Shown here piece by piece: positions 49,421 through 57,372 of a stretch of DNA of 64,000 nt. Under the pieces are notes generated by a model, which searched no databases, was not told the origin of the DNA, and worked only from the letters and a program-made list of their open reading frames with translations. A program made the translations under genes and the position numbers. The first letter of the stretch is position 1. Every line of letters starts with the position of its first letter. Location of the stretch: positions 1,318-65,317 of the forward strand of contig JBFJJV010000001.1 of NCBI GenBank assembly GCA_041635265.1, written 5' to 3'. The stretch comes from Panacagrimonas sp. (GTDB lineage: Bacteria > Pseudomonadota > Gammaproteobacteria > Nevskiales > Nevskiaceae).

Positions 49421-50191
49421 TCACCATGTTTTCCAAGGCGCACGGTCCTGAGCCCATAAATCTTCCAGAACATTTTTGTCGCGTAGTGTGTCCATGGGCT
49501 GCCAGAACCCGTGATGTTGAAACACCGACAACTGCCCTTCGCGTGCAAGCTGCTCTAGGGGTTCGCGCTCCCAGACCGTTGAGTCTCCTTCGATGTAGTC
49601 GGCAATCTTTGGACTGAGCACAAAATACCCTCCATTAATCCAGCCACTCTCATCGTCCGGTTTTTCGCGAAATCGCGTCACCCGATTGCCGTCCAGACGC
49701 AGGGCCCCGAAACGCCCTGCCGGCTGCGCGGCAGTCACAGTGGCCAGACGTCCTTCACTATGATGCCGCTCGATCAGCTTGCCAATGTCGACGTCGGCAA
49801 CTCCGTCTCCGTAAGTCAAGCAAAAAGCGGGGTCCTCAGCGACATAAGGAATGATGCGCTTGATCCGTCCGCCGACTAGAGTCTCTTCGCCGGTATCGAC
49901 CAGAGTAACCCGCCAATTCTCCGAGTCATCGCGGTGAATGCTTCTATTGCCCTCTCGGAAATCGAATGTGACGTCCGAATTGCGAAGTGCGTAGTTGGCA
50001 AAATATTCTTTGATCATGTGCCCTTTGTAGCCTAGGCAGATCACGAAATCGTCGATTCCATGCGCACTATATATTTTCATGATGTGCCACAGGATCGGCT
50101 TTCCTCCGACCTCTACCATGGGCTTTGGGCGGGTGCCCGTTTCTTCGGACATGCGCGTACCGAGTCCGCCAGCAAGGATGACAGCCTTCAC
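49421..50191 (-). CDS. rfbF: glucose-1-phosphate cytidylyltransferase
   Basis: MKAVILAGGLGTRMSEETGTRPKPMVEVGGKPILWHIMK matches the RfbF/DdhA pattern. GTG start with GGAG 8-9 nt upstream. Confidence 0.88.
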   Translation of the reverse strand: MKAVILAGGLGTRMSEETGTRPKPMVEVGGKPILWHIMKIYSAHGIDDFVICLGYKGHMIKEYFANYALRNSDVTFDFREGNRSIHRDDSENWRVTLVDTGEETLVGGRIKRIIPYVAEDPAFCLTYGDGVADVDIGKLIERHHSEGRLATVTAAQPAGRFGALRLDGNRVTRFREKPDDESGWINGGYFVLSPKIADYIEGDSTVWEREPLEQLAREGQLSVFQHHGFWQPMDTLRDKNVLEDLWAQDRAPWKTW

Positions 50192-50303
50192 CAGTTATCT
50201 CCCCAGCCAATCGTTATTTTAGACTGCAATATATCAAGTGCATTGCCGGAAAATCAGATTACGGCAAGCAAACCGCAATAGATAGCGGCAAAGGAAGTCC
50301 TAG

Positions 50304-50323
50304 GACCTGTCTGCAGACAGGTC
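50304..50323. repeat. perfect 20-bp palindrome in the rfbF upstream region
   Basis: gacctgtctg/cagacaggtc, 113-132 nt upstream of the rfbF start. There is no adjoining T-run on either strand, so it is more likely an operator or RNA hairpin than a terminator. Confidence 0.9.
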
Positions 50324-50575
50324 GGGGCAAAAATTTCTGAACCCTCTGAGGCTTTCCCCTAAAAAATGCTCTGATCCGTCCGCATTATTATTTGGAACAT
50401 CCGCCCAGACCGTGCGCGCACAGCGCTAGTCTCCGGGCGGGGTCGACGCCGTGATTGCTTATCGACCAATCTATTTGCAGGCCGCACTTTGAGTCAGGCT
50501 GGCGCAGGAGAGAAGCGCGCTTTCGTCGGAATCGGACCGTCCGGACTGAACTCAGAGGCAGTTTCTTACCACCGA

Positions 50576-50608
50576 ACAAAAAAAGGGTCGGAGCACTGCT
50601 CCGACCCT
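50576..50608 (-). terminator. rho-independent terminator of the phasin-like gene
   Basis: A 9-bp stem gggtcggag/ctccgaccc (50585-50593 and 50599-50607), followed on the minus strand by T7 (50578-50584). Confidence 0.85.
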
Positions 50609-50684
50609 TTCCCTTCCGGACAAGCCGGAAACGCTACACCAAAACTTTACGCTGCAGGACTTTAAACATCCCCTCGTGCCTTGT

Positions 50685-51158
50685 TCAGGCAGTTGTCTTC
50701 TTGGCAGCCTTGGCCGCTTTATTGGCGGTCTTGCGGACCGTGGCCTTGGCCTTCTTTACTTCGCCAGAAACGGTGCTGGAACCGCTGAGTTTGGCGCTGA
50801 CATCTTCAAAGCCCTTACGAACCACCGTCACCAACTGCTCGCCGGCCTTAGTCACGATCGAGTAAGAGTCCTTGTACGCATCGACGATCAGATCCTTGCC
50901 CTCGGGAAGGTATTCAACCGGCTTGGAGGCCACTTCCTTGACGCCCGCAGCCTTGGCTTTTTCGAAGCTGGACTGAGCCACGGAGATCAGATCCTTACCC
51001 GCGTTTACATTGTTCTTGAACAAGGTCTGCACGCTGTCGACGACGATGGTATTGGCCTGCTTCACGGTTTCGACCGACACAGTCACCATGTCCTGACCCT
51101 TGATCATGTACGGTTCAACAGCCCCTTTGACGTCTTTTACGATGGTTTCAACTTTCAT
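50685..51158 (-). CDS. phasin-like protein with a histone-H1-like Lys/Ala tail
   Basis: 157 aa. GAGGAA lies 6 nt before ATG 51158. The sequence is helical, Lys/Val/Glu-rich and ends KKAKATVRKTANKAAKAAKKTTA. It has its own terminator. Coding is confident; the phasin function is tentative. Confidence 0.6.
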   Translation of the reverse strand: MKVETIVKDVKGAVEPYMIKGQDMVTVSVETVKQANTIVVDSVQTLFKNNVNAGKDLISVAQSSFEKAKAAGVKEVASKPVEYLPEGKDLIVDAYKDSYSIVTKAGEQLVTVVRKGFEDVSAKLSGSSTVSGEVKKAKATVRKTANKAAKAAKKTTA

Positions 51159-51217
51159 TGTGTTTTCCTCGGCAGAATTTTGTAAATATGTGAATTTGTT
51201 AAACTTCCTGAACACTT

Positions 51218-51264
51218 TGTTGCAGTGCAGCAAGTGTTGAAGTGCATACTAATGTTGCAGTGCA
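51218..51264. promoter_or_regulatory. three direct 12-mer repeats TGTTG(C/A)AGTGCA in the divergent phasin/yihY promoter region
   Basis: Copies lie at 51218-51229, 51235-51246 and 51253-51264, with 17-18 bp periodicity. They are 60-106 nt upstream of the phasin-like ATG. Confidence 0.55.
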
Positions 51265-51391
51265 CCATTGTCAACAATCCGGCCTGTATCCACGCTGACC
51301 ATTCGTCGGATTTTCTCGTTCAGCGTCAGGAATGATCCGTTCCGACCTGTTCGGTGAGGCAGGCCCCGTCGACATTCCCTAAACTCGCCCT

Positions 51392-52720
51392 ATGCTGCCT
51401 GCCAACTGGTTGTCCCAAATCCGATCGCGTCTCTGGGACGAGCGCGAAGAGCGCTCCCGCCTTCGATGGCTATTTGTCCGTATGGGCAGATTCGCTTATT
51501 CGATTGGCCACGTGATGTTCGAGGGCCAGCTCTCGATGCGGGCGATGAGCATGGTCTATACCACCCTGCTCTCGCTAGTTCCTCTGCTGGCGCTGAGCTT
51601 CTCGGTGCTTAAGGCTTTTGGTGTGCAGAACCGCCTGGAGCCGACTCTGCGCGAATTTTTGCGCCCCCTAGGCCCGCAAGGTGACGAGATCACGCTCAAG
51701 CTCATTGGCTTCGTAGCCAAGACACAGGTGGGCATCCTCGGATCGGTTGGCGTCATTCTCTTGTTCTACACCGCGATCTCGATGATCCAGAAAGTGGAAT
51801 CCAGCTTCAACTACGTCTGGCGGATTGAACGCATCCGTCCCATGGGTCAGCGGATCAGCGAATACCTGAGTGTTCTGATGATTGGCCCAGCCGTGATTTT
51901 TTCCGCTCTGGGGGTCACGGGCACCGTCCTCAAAAGTGAGGTGCTAGTACAGGTTGGCGGCATTGCCCCTCTGGGCTTTCTCGTGGCTAGCGCGACCAAA
52001 CTTGTGCCCTATCTGATGATCGTGGGCATGTTCACGTTTCTGTATATGTTTGTGCCTAATACCAAGGTCAAGCTCAAGGCTGCCGCGATCGGCGGCTTGG
52101 CCGCAGGCGTCTTGTGGCAATCGGCGAGCTTGGCATTCGCCTCCTTTGTTGCAGGGGCCACCAATTACAACGCGATTTACACCAGCTTTGCCATCGTCAT
52201 CTTCCTGCTGATCTGGCTCTACCTGGGTTGGCTCATCCTGCTGATTGGCTGTCAGCTGGCATTCTATGTACAGAATCCGATACACATGAAGCCCAAGGGC
52301 AAAATGTCCTTGCCGTCTGCGCGCCAGTCCGAATATCTGGCCTTGATGATCATGGGCACCGCCTGCCAGCGCTTTGCCAGGGGGGAACTCGGACAAACTG
52401 AGGAAGAAATCACTGCGCAGCTTGATTCGCCCGGTGAGCACGTTTCCCGCGTGGTAGAAATGCTGGTGCAACGTGGATTTTTGACTGAATCCGGGCTGGA
52501 GCGTGTCCTGTTGGTTCCCGGTCGGGACATGGCCTCAGTCAGCGTTGGCGAACTCTGGAGAGAAGTGCGTTCCAGCGAACACCCGATCAAGCCTCGCACC
52601 GGTCTCGGCACCAAAACCATATCCCTGCTCGATACGGCCGAACAGCAATTCTCTCGCGAAATAGGAGAGATGAGCGTGCGTGAATGGGCCTTGTCAGATC
52701 AGCTCGCCAACCAGCAGTAG
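51392..52720 (+). CDS. YihY/BrkB family inner-membrane protein with a C-terminal winged-helix-like extension
   Basis: The YihY core has 6 TM segments (LSLVPLLALSFSVLKAFG...). About 140 extra C-terminal residues resemble an Rrf2/MarR-type wHTH (HVSRVVEMLVQRGFLTESG). Confidence 0.8.
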   Translation: MLPANWLSQIRSRLWDEREERSRLRWLFVRMGRFAYSIGHVMFEGQLSMRAMSMVYTTLLSLVPLLALSFSVLKAFGVQNRLEPTLREFLRPLGPQGDEITLKLIGFVAKTQVGILGSVGVILLFYTAISMIQKVESSFNYVWRIERIRPMGQRISEYLSVLMIGPAVIFSALGVTGTVLKSEVLVQVGGIAPLGFLVASATKLVPYLMIVGMFTFLYMFVPNTKVKLKAAAIGGLAAGVLWQSASLAFASFVAGATNYNAIYTSFAIVIFLLIWLYLGWLILLIGCQLAFYVQNPIHMKPKGKMSLPSARQSEYLALMIMGTACQRFARGELGQTEEEITAQLDSPGEHVSRVVEMLVQRGFLTESGLERVLLVPGRDMASVSVGELWREVRSSEHPIKPRTGLGTKTISLLDTAEQQFSREIGEMSVREWALSDQLANQQ

Positions 52721-52730
52721 TCCAACCGTG

Positions 52731-54023
52731 CTACCAGCGACGCGAAATCGCGAGAACAACCCCCAACAGACCGTAACGGTCTTGGACTTGATCCCCCAGC
52801 GGCAAGGCGGAATTGGTATAACGGTGAGTGACAGGTATCTGGTATTCCAATGCTGAATCCAGGCTCCAACCGCCCCCAAGCTTTCGCCCGAAGCCAATCA
52901 CGATTTCGCGCTCCTGGCCCAAATTAAGCGCTGGCGTCGCAAACTCACCGCGAATCGGATTGTTCTCTACATTGAAGCCTGCTCGCAATGTGGTCTTCTC
53001 GCTCAAGGAATAAGCCACTCCGGCTGCATAGACATACTGATCGCGCCAACGAAGCGGGGTGGTAACGTCAATCTGCAGGGACGCAGCGTCGTTACTCGGC
53101 GAATCTGCTCGAAAGCGCGTCGAGTCCAGCGCGCGCGAAAAATCCAGCCAGTTGAATTCCACCGAAAGAAGCCAGCGCGGTCGCGGCTTCCAGCTCAGAC
53201 CGACATCAATTTCCTGAGGAAACGCGAGCCCCTGCAATCGGGCATTTGCATAGCGCACCTTGCCCAGCCCGATTGATTCGAAGTTCAGGGTTGCCGTGCC
53301 GCCGGTGAGGCTTAAGTCGGTCTTACTGGTATAGACCACTGCCAAATTCCAATTCGCGCGCGGCTGATACTGAATGCCGATCAGCACGTTGGCCGAGAGC
53401 GCGGTGCCCCCGTCAAAGCGCAGGCCAAAGAAAGGCTGATTCGGGTCCGATGTGTCTGAGGTGTTAAAGAAATATTTCTGCCTGCCCATCGCATAGGACA
53501 GGCCTAGCGTCAGGCCGATACTGAGATTGTCCCGCGCCTGCCACGCGACGGCAGATGCCAGTTTGCTGACCCCGATGTTGGCGGAGACCTCGTCGCGATT
53601 ACCAAATTTCGTGAGCAGATCGCTGTGTCCGATGCCCGACCCGCCCTGCGTATACAAGCCAATACCGGCCACCCAATTGGGCCATGCGCTCAGTCTCCAG
53701 GCGTAGCCGCCTGCCAGCAGTGATCCGGCAGGGTCGTCCGTTGCCTCGTCGTTGCCCAGCGAGTCACTATGGTTGAAGAGCGCGTAATAGGGATAGATCT
53801 GCACATCAAAAGCGCCATCCTTGATCTGGGTCAGGCCCGCAGGATTATTGTTGATGGCATTGGTGTCGCGTGCCACCGCAACATCGGCACCGCCCATGGC
53901 TAGGGCCTCAGCGCCGTAGGCGTTGAGCAGCAGACCGCGGCCTGCCTGCACCGGACCTGCTGTGGCTAAGAGCAAGCACAGGGCGAGCACTTGTCGGCCC
54001 GAAAAGCATTTGGCAACCCGCAT
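52731..54023 (-). CDS. outer-membrane hydrophobic-compound channel (FadL/OmpP1/TodX family)
   Basis: Signal peptide, an N-terminal hatch motif (NAYGAEALAMGGADVA), alternating beta-strand pattern and a C-terminal aromatic residue. Confidence 0.82.
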   Translation of the reverse strand: MRVAKCFSGRQVLALCLLLATAGPVQAGRGLLLNAYGAEALAMGGADVAVARDTNAINNNPAGLTQIKDGAFDVQIYPYYALFNHSDSLGNDEATDDPAGSLLAGGYAWRLSAWPNWVAGIGLYTQGGSGIGHSDLLTKFGNRDEVSANIGVSKLASAVAWQARDNLSIGLTLGLSYAMGRQKYFFNTSDTSDPNQPFFGLRFDGGTALSANVLIGIQYQPRANWNLAVVYTSKTDLSLTGGTATLNFESIGLGKVRYANARLQGLAFPQEIDVGLSWKPRPRWLLSVEFNWLDFSRALDSTRFRADSPSNDAASLQIDVTTPLRWRDQYVYAAGVAYSLSEKTTLRAGFNVENNPIRGEFATPALNLGQEREIVIGFGRKLGGGWSLDSALEYQIPVTHRYTNSALPLGDQVQDRYGLLGVVLAISRRW

Positions 54024-54048
54024 GCAGCTCTCTCCATTTCACTTATAT

Positions 54049-54063
54049 TGGCACTCAGTGCCA
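54049..54063. promoter_or_regulatory. candidate TetR operator (6-3-6 inverted repeat)
   Basis: TGGCACtcaGTGCCA lies in the 90-bp divergent region between the fadL-like gene and tetR. Confidence 0.5.
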
Positions 54064-54113
54064 TAATTGCATGTGCCTCAGAGTTTGATCAAGACCTGCT
54101 CTACACAGCTGCA

Positions 54114-54788
54114 ATGACTGAAGAACCTAAGCAAATAGGGAAAGCCGCAGCGCGAACGTCCATACAAGACTCGCCTGGTGGCAAGCGTGAACGCAATCAG
54201 AAAAAATTGCGGGATCGCATTTCGGCAGCGGGTATCAGGCTGTTTTCTGAGAAAGGCTTTGACGCGACAACGGTCAGTGAAATTGCCGCCGCCGCAGGAA
54301 CCTCTCGACGCACCTTATTTCGCTATTTTCCATCCAAGGACGATGTGGTCTTTGACTGGCTTGATGAGCAGGGCGACATCATCTGCGAATATCTGACGTC
54401 TCGTGCCCGAGATTCTTCAGCTACACATGCCTTACGCCGGGCCATGCTGCATTTGGCGGACTGTCTCGATGCGGATAGCGCCCGCGCCAGCCAGCTAACG
54501 CGGATTGTCTATGACACCCCCTCCTTGAGCCGAAGATATCAGGCGGAAAACTCTCGCTGGGAAGGCGAAGTCACCGAAATTTTGCTGCGAGGGCAGGCTA
54601 AGAAACAAGCATTTCTGCTGAGGGTGCAAGTGGCTGCCGCCACTGCGGGTCTAGTCTGCGCAATGCGAGCCTGGGCCGCCGACGAGTCCAATCTCAGTGT
54701 GCGTCACTGGGTCCGAAAAGGATTCAGGGCCCTGAATGACTTTAGTGAAATTGAACGCGACGGCAGATCAATGAGTAAGAAAAAATGA
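54114..54788 (+). CDS. TetR/AcrR family transcriptional regulator
   Basis: HTH block AAGIRLFSEKGFDATTVSEIAAAAGTSRRTLFRYFPSKDD. Start set at ATG 54114; the ORF-track start 53991 overlaps the fadL-like gene. Confidence 0.85.
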   Translation: MTEEPKQIGKAAARTSIQDSPGGKRERNQKKLRDRISAAGIRLFSEKGFDATTVSEIAAAAGTSRRTLFRYFPSKDDVVFDWLDEQGDIICEYLTSRARDSSATHALRRAMLHLADCLDADSARASQLTRIVYDTPSLSRRYQAENSRWEGEVTEILLRGQAKKQAFLLRVQVAAATAGLVCAMRAWAADESNLSVRHWVRKGFRALNDFSEIERDGRSMSKKK

Positions 54789-55020
54789 GCACCTGGCATT
54801 TCAGATTGAGGACTGAAGACATGCGTCAGCATTGTTGCGAGAAGATTCCGGCATTGGACCTGCGTCGACGACAGGGGCGAATGATCCCCTTCCAGACCTC
54901 TTCAAAAGCGCCATGAGCGGAGATTCTTTACGCCGCGCTAAAATGCCTCATGTCTCATATTTCAATAATCTGCGCATGTCTGATTGAATCCGGCGCCAGC
55001 ATTTCAGCCGAAGCAGGAAT

Positions 55021-55941
55021 TTGAATTCCAGGCCACACAATAAGACTGCCGCCTCCCCCATGCTGGAGGAAATGCAGTTCTGGGAAGTGCCAGTGTCTTT
55101 GCCCGAAGGTGATTACACTGCCCATATTCGTGAGCCCGCGTCTACCAGTCTGATGCAGATCGTGCGACAGCTGCACAGCGGCAAGTACAACAAGCCCTTC
55201 GTACTCGAGGATGGCGAGTATCGGCAGCTGCACCTTGGACCGCGTTACATGCAAAGCCGCATGAGCATGAACTCGCCAGAGCATCTCAGCTTTGCCTACA
55301 CTGGCGATATGATGTCGTTTTTACTGTTTCAGCCGAGGCCACAGGATCTATTGGTCATAGGCTTGGGCGGCGGCTCAGCCAGCAAGTTCTGCTATCGACA
55401 ATTGCCGGGTGCGCGGATCACGGCAGTTGAGATTGAACAGGCGGTGATTGATTTCGCGCCACTGTTCAACATTCCCAAACCGGACAAACGATTCAATATC
55501 CTTTGCGCTGATGGCGCTAGCTTTGTTCAGAATGAAATGACAGTGGCGGATGTGGTCCTCCTTGACGGCTGTGACAGGAACGGGACTGCCGCCCCGTTTC
55601 GCGATGCCGCCTTCTATGAAATAGTCCGCGCCAAGTTGAAACCTCGCGGAGTATTAGTTGTAAATATCGTGGGGTCTCCACGCTGGACTGGAAAACTCAA
55701 AAAACAGATTGATTCAGTATTTTCTGGTCACACTTTGCTGCTTGACGGAATCGAGGAAAAGAATCAGGTCTTGCTCGCACTCAAGGACAGCGAATGGCCA
55801 CCGGATTGGGCTTCGCTAAAAGCGAAGGCAAGTCTTCTGCAAATCGAACATGGCCTAAGCTTCAGCCATTACTGTGAACGTCTGGAAGCCAGTGCGCGCC
55901 CAGCTTCAGTCGGACGTCGCAATTCAACAGTGCGGCAATAG
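55021..55941 (+). CDS. spermidine-synthase-like SAM-dependent methyltransferase-fold protein
   Basis: Contains LVIGLGGGSASKF ... ITAVEIEQAVIDFA ... DVVLLDG. Start is either TTG 55021 or ATG 55060. Confidence 0.7.
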   Translation: MNSRPHNKTAASPMLEEMQFWEVPVSLPEGDYTAHIREPASTSLMQIVRQLHSGKYNKPFVLEDGEYRQLHLGPRYMQSRMSMNSPEHLSFAYTGDMMSFLLFQPRPQDLLVIGLGGGSASKFCYRQLPGARITAVEIEQAVIDFAPLFNIPKPDKRFNILCADGASFVQNEMTVADVVLLDGCDRNGTAAPFRDAAFYEIVRAKLKPRGVLVVNIVGSPRWTGKLKKQIDSVFSGHTLLLDGIEEKNQVLLALKDSEWPPDWASLKAKASLLQIEHGLSFSHYCERLEASARPASVGRRNSTVRQ

Positions 55942-55954
55942 AGAGGAGGCTCAT

Positions 55955-55986
55955 CAAAAAAAGCCTCGCTTCACGAGGCCTTTTTC
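55955..55986. terminator. bidirectional terminator between the speE-like gene and sdhB
   Basis: aaaaaaaGCCTCGcttcaCGAGGCctttttc has a 6-bp stem at 55963-55979, flanked by an A-run and a T-run. Confidence 0.7.
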
Positions 55987-56010
55987 TCGATCATCTGCAA
56001 CCCGTGAGAA

Positions 56011-56796
56011 TCAGGTTCTGCGTTCAACCAGCATTTTCTTGGTCTCAGCAATCGCCTTGGCCGGATTCAGGCCCTTCGGACAGGTCTTGGTACAGTTCAT
56101 GATGGTGTGGCAGCGGTAGAGCTTGAATGGGTCTTCCAGCGCATCAAGACGCTCGCCAGTCGCTTCATCACGTGAGTCCGCCAGCCAGCGATAGGACTGC
56201 AACAAGACTGCAGGTCCGAGATAGCGATCCCCATTCCACCAATAACTCGGGCAGCTGGTGGAACAGCAGGCGCAGAGAATGCACTCGTACAAACCGTCCA
56301 GCTTGGCGCGTTCTTCTTCCGACTGCAGACGCTCACGTGTTGGTGCCGGCGAATCAGTTTTGAGCCATGGCTCCACGCTGGCCAGCTGAGCATAAAAATG
56401 CGTCATGTCCGGGACCAGGTCTTTTACAACTGGCATATGCGGCAAAGGATATATGGCGACGTCACCATCGACCTCGTCGCAGCCCTTGATGCAGGCCAGA
56501 GTATTGGTGCCATCAATATTCATGGCACAGCTACCGCATATCCCTTCACGGCAAGAACGCCGGAAGGTCAGCGTGGGGTCAACTTCGTTCTTGATCTTGA
56601 TCAGCGCATCCAGAACCATTGGACCGCAGTTATCCATATCCACGGCGTAGGAATCAACGCGTGGATTCTCCCCATTGCCCGGGTCATATCGATAAACCTT
56701 GAACGTGCGAACGTTCTTGGCACCCGCAGGCGCGGCGTGCGATTTGCCTGCGCTTTTATCGATCGTGGAATTCTTGGGAAGTGTGAATTGGGCCAT
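56011..56796 (-). CDS. sdhB: succinate dehydrogenase iron-sulfur subunit
   Basis: Three Cys clusters are present: [23 protein letters not shown] and [12 protein letters not shown]. Confidence 0.95.
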   Translation of the reverse strand: MAQFTLPKNSTIDKSAGKSHAAPAGAKNVRTFKVYRYDPGNGENPRVDSYAVDMDNCGPMVLDALIKIKNEVDPTLTFRRSCREGICGSCAMNIDGTNTLACIKGCDEVDGDVAIYPLPHMPVVKDLVPDMTHFYAQLASVEPWLKTDSPAPTRERLQSEEERAKLDGLYECILCACCSTSCPSYWWNGDRYLGPAVLLQSYRWLADSRDEATGERLDALEDPFKLYRCHTIMNCTKTCPKGLNPAKAIAETKKMLVERRT

Positions 56797-56829
56797 GAAT
56801 GACTCCTGAAAAATTTCTTTATTTGTATG

Positions 56830-57357
56830 TTACTGACTAAGCGATCCGGTACCGCTCAGGCCGATCAGACGCCACTGCGAATCGACGCCCTGCTCCATCA
56901 TCATCGCCATTGGCCGGTCATTGGATCGCTCCGCGATCACACTGAAGCGACGGCGTGACGCGTAGCCCGCTGACTTGATGTCTACATCAACTTTGCAGGG
57001 CGCGCCTTCCGGCTTGGGGCTGCGATCAATATTGCCAGCTGCATCGGTGTCACAAACCAGGCTAATAAGCCCGGAAGGAGTCGCCAGATCTTGCACGGCA
57101 ATGCCGGCAAAAAAACCTTCGACTTTGCTGAGAACACCGCCAAACACCTTGCCTTGATTCCGTACTTCAATCCGCTGCTCAAGATCTGCGTTCATGTTTT
57201 TCTCAAGCTCAGCGAAATCCACCAAGCCCGAAACCCGGTTCTCATCTCTGGCCTGAAGGGCAGACTTGAGCTCCCCCAGCGCGAGCAAGGGTCTCGCCCA
57301 AAACACAGCCCCCCCGATCAAAGCGATGAGCGCGATCACCAGCATTGCCATTTTCAC
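56830..57357 (-). CDS. membrane-anchored protein, DUF2939-like, inserted between sdhA and sdhB
   Basis: 175 aa with an N-terminal TM helix MLVIALIALIGGAVFW, then LGELKSALQARDENRVSGLVDFAELEKN. The gaps are 15 nt after sdhA and 33 nt before sdhB. The family call is from memory. Confidence 0.65.
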   Translation of the reverse strand: MKMAMLVIALIALIGGAVFWARPLLALGELKSALQARDENRVSGLVDFAELEKNMNADLEQRIEVRNQGKVFGGVLSKVEGFFAGIAVQDLATPSGLISLVCDTDAAGNIDRSPKPEGAPCKVDVDIKSAGYASRRRFSVIAERSNDRPMAMMMEQGVDSQWRLIGLSGTGSLSQ

Positions 57358-57372
57358 TCCGTCGGCGCTTAG

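Noticed and set aside
50388-50579. 63-aa minus-strand ORF, and the overlapping 136-aa + strand ORF (50455-50865), in the long intergenic region.
   Set aside because: The translations are Arg-rich with no RBS. The + strand ORF runs antisense into the phasin-like gene. The region is treated as non-coding or RNA instead.
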